Assembly: GCF_000143415.4 (NCBI RefSeq)
Contig: NW_003314268.1
Coordinates: 728,128-792,127, forward strand
Direction of reading: 5' to 3'
Length of the DNA stretch: 64,000 nucleotides
Source: Selaginella moellendorffii
Taxonomy: Eukaryota; Plantae; Lycopodiophyta
Part shown: positions 11,301-25,185 of the stretch, one piece after another
Layout: every line of letters begins with the position of its first letter
How positions within the stretch are numbered: the first letter of the stretch is position 1
Notes under the pieces: model-generated
Databases searched by the model: none
Told to the model about the DNA's origin: nothing
The model's input: only the letters and a program-made list of their open reading frames with translations
Translations under genes and position numbers: made by a program

Positions 11301-12254
11301 ATTTTATTCCCATCTTAAAGACTTGCTAGCCTCATGAATGACTTATATACCACTTAGCTTTTGCACTTGGTCCAAATGCTCCATATGTTCAATCCCATGA
11401 TAAACACTTAAAGATACCAATGACATATCATCTTATTGCACTAAGGTTATATCCATTCACCTTTATCTAATTAATAGCCTAAAACCACCTATACCACAAT
11501 GTTGTCTTCCAAAGACTTTGCCATCTATCCATGAGTGGTCATCCTATGACCACATCTTAGCATCCTTAGGATGCCCAGAGACATAAAGAACACCCTTCCT
11601 TGATATCCATTTTTCAGTCCCACCTAATCTCTTTCCATCCATAGCTATGATTGCCAACACTACTACTGGGTTAAGGCCCAAAGGCCTGAAGGCCTAACCA
11701 CTAAGTCCTATCCACCTCTAAAACTTCCTTGCCACGTGACTATATGTTTGGTCACTACACAAGAAAACTATTCCTTTTCCTTTCCATAGTCTGGGACTTT
11801 TGGATAATATTTCGAAACACTATAGCCCAATACGAACCTCATGGGTACTCTCCCCACTTTCTACCTCTAAGTGATCTATCCATGTTGCTAGAGCGAAGTT
11901 CCAATGAGCCATGCTAGGTATCCAAGTAGGTAATAACACCTACACTTGTATGAGACACAAATCCTTAAGCCCTAAACTCTAGACCACTTAAACATTTTAA
12001 AGGAAATTAAAACCTTTCTACCTTTGCTCTTCTTGCATCCTCAAACAATAGCTGCTAAGAGGGTGCCATGTGGTAGTGGCTGAAATGGAAGCCAAACAAG
12101 TGTAACACATTTGGACTAAAAGCTCTAACTCGAAAAGTCGAGAGTAGGAGTGGAACTCCCATTAAAATGCTCAAGGAATAAGCATAAAGCAATTAATAAG
12201 CAAGCCTCTCGAAAAGGGAAACAAAAGGATCAACATATGACACATAGAAGTGTC

Positions 12255-12595
12255 AGAATTGAGTCCGAGATGGACCCGAGATAGAGTCCGAGAAGGAGTC
12301 CAAGATAAAGTCCGAATTGGAGTTTGAGATGGATGTGAAATGGAGTCCGAGAAAGAGTCTGAGATGGACCCGAGATGGACCCAAGATGGAGTCTAAGATA
12401 GAGTTTGACATGGACCCAAGATCGAGTCTAGATGGAGTCTAAGAAGCAGTTTGAGATGGAGCATAAAATAGAGCCTGAGACGGGGACCGGGTCGGGACCA
12501 AGATAGAGGCTGAGACCCAGACCAAGATAGAGGCTGGGACCAAGTCCAAGACCATGTCCAAGACTTAGTCCAAATTTGAGTCTGAATCCGAGGTG
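12255..12595. repeat. 12-bp minisatellite (gagatggagtcc-like); paralogues 37203-37530 and 51580-52740
   Basis: About 25 degenerate units, which generate the GL/SWT-repeat spurious ORFs. Confidence 0.9.
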
Positions 12596-13149
12596 AAAGC
12601 CCAAAGCAATCATTTCCCAAGTGAGCTTTAAAAGGATAGTAAGGGGAGGACTTCAGTGGAAATAGTTTGGCTAGTAAAGCCAGTGTGGCTAAAGAAGGTT
12701 ATACCTATGTGGTGGGTGATAATATAACTATTGAGGAGTTCAAGACTAAAGTGAATATGGATGAAAGTGGGGTAACTTGGTGAAATATTCAAGAGCCAAC
12801 TCTAGCTCCCCCAAGAAATCGAATAATCAATGCTCCCAATCTAAGTATGGGTGGCACTACCTACTTGAATACCTGGCATGACTCATCAAAACCTTGCTCT
12901 AGCCATATGGCTAGGGCACCCAAAGGTAGAAGGTGGAAAGAGTATCTATTAGGGCATTTTTTAGCCCCAACTATGGATCCATCCCTCATATATAAACTCA
13001 CAAAGCCAGAATTTCAAACTCAACTACAAGAGAAAATGGGGAGGACCCTTGATATTTTACCCTCGCATGGATTTTATACAATCATTTGGAATATTTTGAG
13101 AATCAAAATATCCTCTCCCTCTCTCTCATGACACCCATATCTACAACTC

Positions 13150-13250
13150 GGGAGTAGGAGTAGTAGTGGGAGTAGGAATAGAAATAGGGGTAGAAGTAGG
13201 AGTAAGAGTGGGGCAAGAGTAGGGTTAGGAGCAAGAGTAAGAGTTGCTTC
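13150..13250. repeat. 6-bp degenerate repeat (agtagg/agtaag); paralogues 38090-38210 and 50910-51020
   Basis: Visible hexamer periodicity, source of the poly-Leu and YS ORFs. Confidence 0.8.
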
Positions 13251-15363
13251 TTTAGTTGCAACACGTGATGCGAGGAGAAGGTAGCATGAGCTAGTGCCAC
13301 AACAAGCAATTACTGGTGGGTGCACAAGACTTTGGTGTGCAAGAACCCATGGCTAAGATGCTCCCATGTGCTAAAATGTAGTGTCTAGAGTGGGTAATTG
13401 TTGAAACAAAGAGAAATGGAAAAGAAAACAAGAGATGGAAATAAAAAATAAAATAAAGATGAAAGTAGAAGATGGGAAAGGAGTTTAAAGTGCAAAGATA
13501 CAGGGAAAACCCAATGGGAAACTATGTGGTTGAATTAGATACTCAAGAAAGTAGGAAAAGAGGGAAAAAAGAGGAAAAAAGAGCAAAAAAACCAAATGGA
13601 AAGAAGCTCAAACACTCTGGAAAGTGAATATGCAAATGCAACCTCAAGCTCATGTAATTTGTGCTCGAAACTTTGGCTGAGAATGAAGAAGAAAACATAG
13701 GGACTGTATTGCCTAATGGTGGTAACTATGAAATAGAAAATGAACTATAATGGAAGAAAGTGATGATAGGGGATCTTAGTAGATGGATGATATGATTGAG
13801 TGTGTCCAAGGATAGGTTCTAATCTGATGTAGTGAAATGTGAAGTCATAGCTACTGCTCACACCAAAAAATATTGGACTATTGCTCAAAAGGTGGCAAAT
13901 TGCTTCACCTATGATTTGAGCTGGAAGAAAATGGTGTTAACTTTGTTGGCCACACCTCTGAAAGCAATTGGATGGCCTCTACAATCAGGCTTTTCTACTA
14001 GAAGAAGAAAATAGTTCTAAAGAGAAGAAAGTTGCAATATGTGACTAATCCATCAAATATCTCACATGTTGTGCATGAGAATATCTTGATTTGTGTTTTT
14101 GCTTATCTGGAAGAGCCTTTATGATGAAGTGTTTTCCCCAAATATCTAGTATAAATGGATGATGAATGGTGGAAAATGTGAAAGATATTATTAAGTATGT
14201 GTAGTGTGTGGTAGGGAATTCTAGAGTATAGATGATATAGAATGGTGATGAAAATGTGAGGATGGAATTGATGTAGAGAAAAAAGCTAAAGAAATGAAGC
14301 ACAAATCAACAAGAGTCGAGAAATTTTCATACATTCAATAATGCAGCTAGAGCATGTTCATTAAAAGAGACTTTCTCCACATAATTCCTTGGCTTAAAAA
14401 AGATGTAAAAAGAGTGAGAGCAGAAGAAAAACAAAAAAAAACAAAAAAAAGTAAAAAAAATGAGTAGTGCAAGCAGCTTTTGTGATGGGTGATGATGATG
14501 GAAGCGCCAAGAGGATGCAAGGCATCCTATAGAAGGCCTAGAATGCCGCTAAAACTGACTTACTCACCCTCAAGTGCTAGATTGCATCGAAAATGCCTAA
14601 GGTGGTGAATAATGTCACTGTAAGAGAATCTAAGATGCTAGAACTGCTTGGAAGGATGGGAGCCTCCTGAGGATGGTAGAAAGTGTCCCCAAGGACATAT
14701 GGAAGTCATCATGTGTTGCTGATGAAGTGTCGATAGTGTCGGAGAATGCTTTGAGTGTTGTAGCAGGATGAAGTTGGGATCCAGCCATGAACCTAAGTTT
14801 GGGAAGAGCTAAGATGAGGTGCCAAGTTGGGAGAAACTCCAAGGAAAAGTTGAGATGCTACTAGAAAATGCCTACCACCTTTATGTCATGGTCGTATCCC
14901 AAGTGAGTAGCAAGGTTGGACTGCAGGTCTGGGGTGAGAAGTGCCACCAAAAGTGTAGTCACTAAGCTGGAAAGTCAAAAGTGTACTCAAAGAGAGTGAA
15001 AAAGTTATGCTCTCCAAAATGTTATTAATGCCTTGTGACCCTATTTCATTAACAGCTCCAAAACTACTATATAAATGCTAGAGTTAGAAAAGTGCTTGGA
15101 GAATCCACCACTTGGACAAAATCCTCACTATGCTGCAGCAAAGGAATTGATGTGAAATCCTTAGATGTGTTGAAGCCAAGGGATTTCTAAACTTGTGTAG
15201 TGATGACAAAGAAGTCAAGTGTTAATGTAATCCAGTCCATGTTGAAGAAGTCAATCATATTGCAGTCAACAACTTAGATCTCCAGCAGTGTGTCATCTTC
15301 GATAAGTTTCAAGAAAAAAACCTTGAGAGCCTAGACAACTTTAATGATAGAAGAAGCATCCAC

Positions 15364-16760
15364 TTAAGACAAGCTAGATGGAAGTAGAGAATGATCATGG
15401 GTATTGAGAAGAGTTGCTACATAGATGCCATTAGTAATTGTTGATTCTCCCTTGGCCCAAGTTGTCATGTAAGTCCGTCCTAAGATGATGGAGTCCTTTA
15501 ACTTGCCAAATCCTAGCTGTTGGAAGTCCACAACAAGGAAATTTAGCATGGAAACCACTCCTTGCACCAAGATCTTGACATTTTAACAGATGCTTGTAGG
15601 GACAATTCAGTGATTGGCAAACATTTTGAGGATGACAATTGTGTTTCTCACCACTTCCAAGCCACTAAATGTGCCAAGTTGAGGGAGATGATGTTGCTCT
15701 AGGATCTAGAATCAAGTAATGCTTGTGTTGTCAAAGATCTATCGCTGATGTGGACCTCCACAAAGAATGCTTTGGGATCATGAGTGGTCTGAGTGTTGAT
15801 GATGTACATGTCATGCTGATGTTCCACAGAAATGCCTGTGGACTTGGCAAAAGCCTTCAGCTAAGGAGTAAAACCGGGTACATATTGCAAAAACTCACCA
15901 AGTATGATCTAGACTAGTGTGTCAACAATCTATGCAAGAACCTCTTGTGGGACTCGAGATAATTGTCAACCTCAATTACTAATGGCATCTATGTAGCAAC
16001 TCTTCTCAATACCCATGATCATTCTCTACTTCCATCTAGCTTGTCTTAAGTGGATGCTTCTTCTATCATTAAAGTTGTCTAGGCTCTCAAGGTTTTTTTC
16101 ACCCACATTGAAAGTTGGATGAATATCTGGTTGTTGGATTTGAAGTTGTGGCCAAGGATGTGGGTGGCGCTGCAAATACCGAAGCATGGGGTAATTTGCA
16201 TGCCATGAGAGATGGGGAAGTTCTGAAAACTAGAGCTGGATCCTGCTCACCATCAATATTTCGGGCTAAAGGAGAAACCTTCTTGTGCCCTTGAGTCATA
16301 GCAGCCATTTTATAACCGTCCTCTACAACATAAACTATGTTGACGTGCATTGGTGTCTTTCCACAGCTCGACAAAGGGGTGTCTTCAATCGCTTTCTACT
16401 CCAGTTGTTGCTGGTATCTATCTCTAGCCATGGAAGAAATATGTTGTCTGCTAGAAGTTGCTGTTGAACATGCTGGACAGAAGGTGGTCGAAGTTCTAAG
16501 TGAAGCTTCCAACATCTCTCTATGCTGTGCGTCATAACATCATAATGCGAGTAAGTACCAAGAACGAGGAGGGAATCTTAGTCTCTTTGCCTACTGTAAG
16601 TGGCATACTCTAAGCTCCTCAAGTAGCTTCTCTTGCATTTATCACTGTTGCTAGATGATCTCCTTGTATCTTGCAAGCTCTGATAATGCCTTCTCAATCA
16701 TTGAGGGAACTCTATCATCACTGTGCAAGGCTAGAGAAGAATGGATCATGGTAGCACGAT
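15364..16760 (-). pseudogene. Paralogous gag C-terminus/protease remnant
   Basis: Reverse complement of 47510-48810 (HSIERCW; ILGRTY). Confidence 0.8.
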
Positions 16761-16999
16761 CATGGTATCAATAATGGATCAACCTTAAGTCCAATCTAAC
16801 CTGAGGAGGGGGATTAGGAGAAAATTTATAAATCTGTAGATGGATGGTTAACACTTCATTACTCATGCAGTAAGTAGTTAAATCCAAGTAGAACCAAGTA
16901 GGAGATGGTATAATAAGTGGGGACCTTGGCAAGGGAACTTAATTAATGCCAAGGCAAAGGTGGTCGAATAGAAAAGGTAAGTTGGCAAATTAGAAAAAA

Positions 17000-17873
17000 A
17001 ATATTTATGGCTTATATCAAACTCCAAACCCTTTGTGCAACAAAATGAAGATTTGGTACGCACTTAATATCTTTTACGAACACTAACTCCCCATATCCAA
17101 CTTTTGCATGTAAAATAGTATTAGATGGTGTTTAGCCCAATTCTGGCATACTGGTGGCCTATAACAAAAAGATGGATACCCCACTGACTAAAGCAACATG
17201 GAACTTGAGATTATTCCTAAGCTAGATGCAGAATCATGGCAATACAACTTAGCAGGAGCCAAATTAATATTTTAGATGGTCAACAATGCTTCCAAATACT
17301 ATCTTTATTATACATTTAGAACCCCCCACAACCCCTCATCCCTCACCCTAGAAAAATGTATGCTTTTAGGCTTTCACCCCAATCTCAAGAACTAGTTTAT
17401 GGGATTTGAAAATTTACTAGATATGGAATAGAACTAAATTGTGAATTGGGATGTAGGAACAACACTATGGTAGTCTCTAAATTCCATAGATATGCCTTTT
17501 AGATAAATTTAACCACTTACTATAAATAGCACAAAGGACTGAATGGAACTAATACATAAGGTATGATAGTGAGGCTGTTTGGTGCACACAATAAGCTATC
17601 ATAAAGCATTATTGAGGAACTATACTCAACATATGAGTGTTCTTGTCTTTAGCTAGTGCAACATATAACACATTTAGCTAATAATATATAAAAAAATTTC
17701 ATCCTTATGCTTGTTTAGTTTAAGTATACTTAAGATGTCCAATTAACTCCACGAGCATAAGAGGAAACAATAATAAAGTGGTGCAACTGTATCGACCTTT
17801 ATGGCAGAAGAGAGAGTGTCCAAAAGTACTGGTTAACAAGTATTTTTTGATACATGAAGCCACATTTATGATA
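17000..17873 (-). mobile_element. Old degenerate solo LTR of the 51735-52629 subfamily
   Basis: Collinear similarity to 51740-52629 along its length. Termini eroded and no clear TSD. Confidence 0.7.
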
Positions 17874-20800
17874 TTTTACAATATATGCCCAATGTACATG
17901 ATAGAATGATGCTAATTAGGCATAATTATGCTAATTGTGAAATTTTGGAATTTGGTGAATATAAAGTTCTACTTGGACTTTTAATACAAAAAAATACACT
18001 AAGAATATTAGGAAATCCTCTTGATTGGAACTTTGGACACATCTAGAAGGATTTTTGTTGAGAAGAAACAAATTAATATCCTTGCAAGGACTTTATATTG
18101 CCAAAGTAACCTAGTGTTCTGGAAATTCTAGCATCTTTGTCAAGCTCTTCTAGTCAAGCTGGTAAGACTCACTAGTCTATTGGTATTTAGAAGTGCCCTT
18201 ATAATAAAGTTGGTTGGGCTCACTAGTCCTTTAGGGGGTTTTTTCTAAAATCTAAGAGCATTCGATTCCTCATGATTGTCAAGAGTCTATAATAGAAGCA
18301 TGTGATTTTTAACTCTATGACTTTCTTTTAGCCAATTCACCAAATTCACCTAGGTGTTAGGACCAAACATTACACAATAAATAAAATATTGAACACATGC
18401 CATCTACAAGATCTCTTCTAGTTATGATGTCTATAGGCAAAACTTTAAAACTATAGTTAAAATATAAAGAACAAAGAAGCAATTAAAAACACAAAGGCTT
18501 TGATTTTCTTACTTTCCCAAACATTTCAATCAGCAATGTTAATCTAACTTTTCTTTGATCCCTTGGGCAGTTTTCCACCATAAAGGATCAAAGGACAATA
18601 GTATTATTGATGGGAGAGGGAAAGAAAATACAAAAGAAAGCCTTAGGAAAAGTAAAGAATAATTGAGTAAGTGAGTGTTGTGATGGAAAGTAATAAGTTT
18701 TAATCTTTAGGCAGTAGTTCTTCTTTGTACTCACTCATGTTGGTGTTGTTGGAGTTTTTGCTTCACATAAATATCCTATTTAAATACTATGACTTATTAA
18801 AGAATTAAAAAACTATATCTTTAATCTAATTTTAAATCCATTTTTATTTATTTAAAATATAAATTTTTTATTACTTTTATTGTAACAATTACTATAAAGT
18901 TTTTGACATTAATTGGTATATTGAGAATTTTAAAATATCATTATTTTAATATTTTTTAGATAAAATATATATTATTATCAGCTAATGCAATTGTAAAAAA
19001 TTTAGTAGTTGTATACCAGTCTGGTGTTATACTTTAAGAATACCTTTATATTGTGTGTGTGTGTGTAACTAAATATATATATTAAATTATAATATTTTCT
19101 CAAGAAACATAAAATAGTGAAACTAATAAAACTTTATTACAAATAAAAATTTGCTTTAAATATTAGCATTCTTGATTTCATAGATTTTAAGAACCCATAA
19201 AAATATAAACTTGCAACATAATAACTAAATAAAGGAAAATGTCAAAGGCCAAATGTAAAGAGTAAAAAGAATCAATTAATAATCAAATTTCTACTTGGAT
19301 TACAATTCTCAATTTAATCAGTATTTAGTAGGAACTTTTATTTATAATAACCAAACGAAGACAAGTGTTTCTACTTATCAATTTCCTATACAAGAGTATC
19401 TAAAAGAGTGCTTGTGTGTGGAGGCTGGTAAAATGTTGCAATGCTGATCTATCTATCAAACTGCAAGAAATTGCAGAGGTGAAGGGAAGTCTCTTGCCAA
19501 TTGTTACAAGTGCGATGGCCCTTAGACTCTCGTTCACGATTTGAAGCTTTCTTTGATGCTCATGAACAGCAATCTTACAAGTTTGATTGGTGGCGACGTG
19601 CAGAAATTTAGTTTTTTTCCCATACAATGGTAACAACTTTGACTGTCTGGAAAGCCTTTTCATCCGCTTATGACCTTCTAGACCAAGTCAAATGGCTTTA
19701 TACCATATGGAACAACTGGAGGTGCGTACATACTAGCTCCTGAGTTCTTGCTCTAACGTGGTGTCGTGGTGTCGTGTGCCTGGGTGCCTAGAAAGTCGAA
19801 CACCTTCGCTATCACCATCGTTACCCCACAGTCCAGCAGGAGATTTAAGGCAAAGCGTCCTTTATCAACGTGCACGTCTTCAAAGGCTTTGGAATTCTTC
19901 TAGTCTCATGTGATTTTGCTTTTTCCCAGAACCACTGGAGGTTCTTGTTAATAGTATGACTCTCATCATTGTTTTTTCTTGTTTCGTTCTTTTTATTTCA
20001 CAGGTGGAGCTGCTAAATTCCCAGTGGATTGAAGATCGTTCATTTGGTCGGGTCGGTTCAAATTTACATGCTATGTGATGGTAATGCGTCTGGAGCAAAC
20101 TATGTAAGATCTTATTTTCCTCAGCTGGATTTGTTTTTCCATTTTCTAATCAAGTTACGGGGACAAACTGATCAGGAATCCTTGCAAACGTACAAGAAGA
20201 TCCACGATGTTAGAGACAAGTCTACAGATTGCAAATATTCTGTTTTTCTTGGTAAAGTTCACGAGTTTTTCGGGGGATGCCTTGCCAAGCGGCTGCGCCG
20301 CAAGCCCTAGCGTGCTCTAGGTATCATCTTGTTGCTAGGATCAAAGTCGGATCTCGGACCTTTCAGAGATTCAAACATTATGAATTTGAACATTAAATCA
20401 TCGTTTTTACAGCTAAATCAAAGAAAATGATATGAAAAAAACTATCACGAGTCTGAACTATTCCGCTGCTCACTGCTCTTTAGCTGCTTCCACTTTTCCT
20501 TTTGAAGCTGCTGCCCCTGCTTGGTTTAAGAAATTTTTCGTCTTTAAGCTGCTCAATCTTTGCTGCTCGATCTTAGCTGTTTCAGCCTGCTCCCTTTCTC
20601 TCCAAGTTTTAAAATCATCTTACAGTTTTCCATTCCCACTTGCTCGATTCTTATGATCTCTGACGCTGGTTTTATCTTTCGCTGCTTCAAGTCCTGCTCC
20701 ACCCTCATTTACATATTCTTCTGGCGGCCTCCTATGATCTGGACCAAGTTGGCAGTCAGACTATTTTCCAAATAGAAAAGAAACATAATCTCTCAACTCA

Positions 20801-21267
20801 CAAGTTGGCCAGAATAAGCAGCTCCTTAGCGTAGTCTCTGAGATGTTTTATTTATTTAGTCTCGAAGAGACGGCCTCCAACGATCTGGACCAAGTTGGAG
20901 CTCAGAAGATATTCCACCAGAGGAGAAAATTAAAAAACAAAAAAATACCATAGGATTTGTTGCTGATACTAAAGGAGCTACCATCACAATTTGTGTGTCG
21001 CTGCAGCTTGCTTCTTCTGTTTAACAACACGGATGAAATGAATGGAAGAGGAAAAAACGAATGACTCTACGTACCCTCGGTCCACATTTCTCGATTGTAA
21101 AGGTGGCCATTGAACCTCTGAATCGCTTTGCACCAGCTTCCACGTTCCATGAAACTCGTCCGATCTTCTGTCTTTATGACTCTAGCTTCGTCTTAGAGTT
21201 CGCTCCAGCTCTTGTAGTCTCCGCATGTCAGGGGCGAACATCAGCCGTTTTTCAGTCTTTGTGAAGC

Positions 21268-23478
21268 CGAACCTCTGGCTCCGCCGCCACAAGCAGTTTC
21301 TTCGAGTTCGAGATCATCTTGCCATCATCATCTTCTATCATCCAAGCACCTGTAAGAGTGATCCTGGACAGCATTGAAGCTCTCGTCCCGTTTCCGTCAA
21401 CTAGAGAGCTTTGTCTTTGATCCGTCTTGGCATCTCATCTTCTCCTTCATCTCGCTGTTCTCACGCCAACGTTTGATGGACTCTTCTCCACTCGGCTGGC
21501 TGACTGCTCCGATCTCGGCCACTGTCTCGGCGAGCTCCGCTTGAGAAGCCCAGATCTTGACAAAATTATCTGCTATCTCCCGATTGATCAAGATATCTCC
21601 GAAACTTTGGAGTCGAGGGAGGATATCTCCTCGAAGAGGTTGATCTTCTCTTGACTTAGAAGTGTGGAGACTGGTCTCTGGCGCTTTGGAGGCTTGCTAC
21701 TGCTTCCCTGTGCTGCTCGAGCTGTCAGTACTTGGCTTGCACCTCTGTTCTGTATTTGACTCTCGAGAGCTGGTTACTTCTTGAACTTCCATTCTCGTTT
21801 CTTCGACGTGCTTAGAACCTCTGGCAGTTAGGGAATGCTTCCGCCACTTCAGGCCTTGATCGTGCTGAGAAGCTTGAGCGGAAGCATGCAAAAACACAGC
21901 TTCCTGCGAAGCCAGATGCTCCTTCTTGTCGCATGTAGCGTCCATCTGATCCGTCAAACCTCTGCTCTCACATCGGTTCTCCTCGGCTTGTCTTCTTCAT
22001 CCTTCAGAGCTCCTCGCCCAAAGCTTTGCTTTGCATCTGGCACGTCTCTCTCTCCTCCAGCGCCTCGAGTCCCGTGATCCTCTCCATCAGCTGCCAGTTA
22101 CTTGCTTCTCCAGCCTCGCCTTTGCGCTTCCAAACTCCGCCATCACGTGCTCTCGCCGAGAGCTCCACCTCGTGCAGCGGATTCGACTCCGTCAGCCATT
22201 ATCCCCTGGGGCTTCTCCTTCAAGAACTTCTGTCCGAACACTTCCCTCATTCCACCAGATGACAGAGAACGTCTAGCGTAGTCTGTCTTATAGTCTCTGC
22301 AGCCATCCGAAACCCCAGTCACGAGGAGCTTCAGCTATATCGTCTTCTCGCCATCTTGCAGCCATCTGACACTGGTTTACGTCGTTCCTCGCTACTATCA
22401 TGGACAGCCTTACCGCAGCAGGCGCTCCTGAATCATCTCCGTCCACTGGAAAGCCGAGAAGATAGATCCCTCCTTGCTCCAGACACTGTAGAGTGTAGCC
22501 CAACTTGATCCATTGATCTTCTCTTGACTTAGAAGAGTGTGGAGGCGGGCTAGCCTGTTTAGATGCCGAAGTTTGATGGACTCTGCTGCACTTCCAGCCG
22601 ACTGCTCCGCCTGGAGCCTCGTCAACCGCCGCTTTCGACTCTCCATCTCGGCCACCATCTTCCGAAACTTTCAATTCCAGTCGTTGATCTTCCCTCGACT
22701 TAGAGTGTGGAGACTGGTCTTTAGCTCAGACTTGACGCTTTAGTGACCTGCTACTGTGGTGCTCGACTTGCTTGGATATTTGGCCACAGCTCCGAGTTTT
22801 CCCGCTCCAACTTTTGGATTTGATTTCCCTTGAAGCAATCTGACACTGAGTTCTTTGCTGATACTTTCATCCGAGCAGCTGTACGAGCATTCCTGGACAG
22901 CCCTGACCCGTTTTCAAAGTCTCTGTCAACTAGAGAGCTCTACCAGATGACAGAGAACGTCGAGTGTAGTCTGTCTTATAGTCTCTGCAGCCCTCTCTGT
23001 GAATCCGAATACCCCCACCGTCACGAGCAGCTTCAGCCGTATCATATTCTCGCCATCACCATCTCGTTGCAGTCGTTCCCTTGCTACTATTCCTTCAAGC
23101 TGTGAACATTATACCGCAGCAGTATCTCCTGTCTCATCTCCGTCGACTGGAAAGCTGATAAGATAGATCTCTCCTTGCTCCAGACACTGTAGAGTGTAGT
23201 CAAACTTGATCCATTGATCTTCTCTTGACTTAGAAGAGTGTGGAGGCTGGTCGCTGGCCTGTTTAGACGCCTGAAGTGTGATGGACTTCTCCGCCTGGAG
23301 CCCTGAGACACGGTTGTCACGCACTGCTTTCACGTCTTGGACAGTTGCAAATCTTTGGAGTCGAGTCCTCGAGAAGGTCGATCTTCTCTCGACTTAACTG
23401 GTCTATAGCTTTAGTGGCCTCCTCCTGTGCTGCTCAACTTGCTTGGAGATCCAACTTCTGGATTTGACTCTTGAGAGT
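21268..23478 (-). pseudogene. BTB/POZ At3g05675-like remnants, copy 2
   Basis: Near-identical duplicate of 2270-4480. Confidence 0.6.
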
Positions 23479-23492
23479 TGGCTTCTCCGATG

Positions 23493-25185
23493 CTAGAGTC
23501 CGAGCACTGGCCTCCAGTTGACCAATCCTTGCAGCCAACTTCTCGAGCTCGGAGCCAACTTCATTTCTCGTTTCTTCGACGTGCTTAGAACAGTTTGCTC
23601 GTGTTCTCTTCTCAGGTAAACCCAGGGTCTAGTCGTCTTAGAGTTCGCTCCAGCCCGGCCGATCATCTTCTCGCCATCATGGTTCCGACAAAACAAACAC
23701 TCATCGTTCACTTCAGCTCTCTACAACAAACACGGAAGTTATGGCCATCTGGAATCTGGAAGGTATATCAAACTTACCTGTCTCCTCTTGAATTCTGCAA
23801 CAAAATCTCTCCCCGCACGATCATATAGTTCTTTTGCCTCCTTCACGAAGACCACCTCGCCGGACTGAAGCTTCTTCCACGGTTTCCTCTCACTCGGGAT
23901 CCTATCCAGCATTTTCTGGAGCCTCATCATCTTCCGCGCTCGCTTGATCCTCTCTCGGTCGCTGGATTTGCCGTTGAGCTCCTCGTAAAGCTGCTCGGTG
24001 AGTCTGATCAGAATCCGGAGCGCGCTAACACTCCAAGACTTTTCCTCGTGCTTCTCCTCTTCTGTTTCCTCGCGCTTTTCCTCTTCCAAGCTGCGGATCT
24101 TCTTCTCGGTTTTTCCCCTCTGGTTTAGCCACCGGTTTGCCTTGTGGAAAGCTTCGAGATACGCGAACTCAACATAGCCCCCTCGGCCATCGCTAAGATG
24201 GGTTTCACTCCGCCGTCGGGTGCCGTCGGGAAGAATGTCCTCCGCTGAGGAAGAGAAGCGAACCATCTTCGGCCTGGAACCTGCAAGTCCAGAAGGCCAT
24301 CGTGAGTCACAGTAGAAGAAGAATGCGAGAAGCAAAAGGAACCATACCTGGACGACGACCCCCGGCTGGCAGTAGAATTGGCTTGGGTCGCTGCTCCTCC
24401 TGCTTGGGTTTGTCATTCTCCTGCTGCTTCATCTTCTCTTGATCGTCTTCCCGTTCCAGAGGCTGCTTGATCGGCTTGATCATCTGCTCCTCCTCTTGTT
24501 CCAGCTGCTGCTTCATCGGCTTCATCCGCTGCTCCTCCTCCTGTTCCTGCTCTTGCTTCATCGGCTTGATCGGCTTGATCGGCTGATTCGGCTGATTCTT
24601 CTCCTCTCGTTCCAGCTGCGGCTGCTCCTTGTGACCTTGCTCCTGTTTCACCTCGCGCCTGAGTTCCTTCGTCTCATGGGCTTCTTTCTCCTGCTCCTCC
24701 TCGCTCAGCTGCTCAGCTTTCTTCTCTTGCTCCTCCTCCTTCAGCTGCTTCTCGGCTTCCTTTTCCTCCTCTTGTTCCAGCTTCATCGGCTTCATCTGAT
24801 CGGCTTCTTTCTCCTCCTCGTTCACCTGCTCGGCTGTCTTCTCTTCCTTCAGCTGCTCCGCTTTCTTCTCTTGATTCTCCTCTTCGTCCTCTTTCTCTTG
24901 TTCCGGCTTGATCGGCTTGATCGGCTCCTTGTGCCCTCGCTCCTGTCGTATCGCTTCTAAGACGATTTTCACCTCGTGCCTGAGTTCCTTCAACTTCAAG
25001 GCGGCGGCGTCCATGGCTTCTCCCGAGACGGCCTCACAGACACGATCTTGGACCTTCAGCTTCGAGGCCGCCGCGTCCATGGCTTCCGGGTGGACCTTGT
25101 TGTCGCCCTTGTGCGCCTTTTTTGGTCGAAAGAGAGACCACAAACCTGTGACGCATCCACTGCGCTCCTGCTCTGTTCGCGCCAT
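23493..25185 (-). CDS. Second copy of the 3-exon E/K/Q-rich gene (exons 25185-24348, 24280-23778, 23720-23493)
   Basis: Same splice sites. The only indel seen (8 bp) lies inside predicted intron 2. There is one L>S change in exon 3 and one synonymous change in exon 2. Confidence 0.75.

Larger units (their letters stand above)
7030..16760 (+). repeat. Segmental duplication block B, copy 1 (TE graveyard)
   Basis: Collinear with 26518-40173 (direct) and 47510-55790 (inverted), about 90-94% by eye. Confidence 0.9.

Noticed and set aside
12255-12620. Regular repeat array as CRISPR or as GL/SWT-repeat proteins
   Set aside because: Head-to-tail 12-mers with no unique spacers and no cas genes, in a eukaryotic TE context.
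16762-16815. tggtatca followed ~30 bp later by gaggagggggat (PBS/PPT-like micro-element)
   Set aside because: No pair of flanking LTRs or TSD visible.
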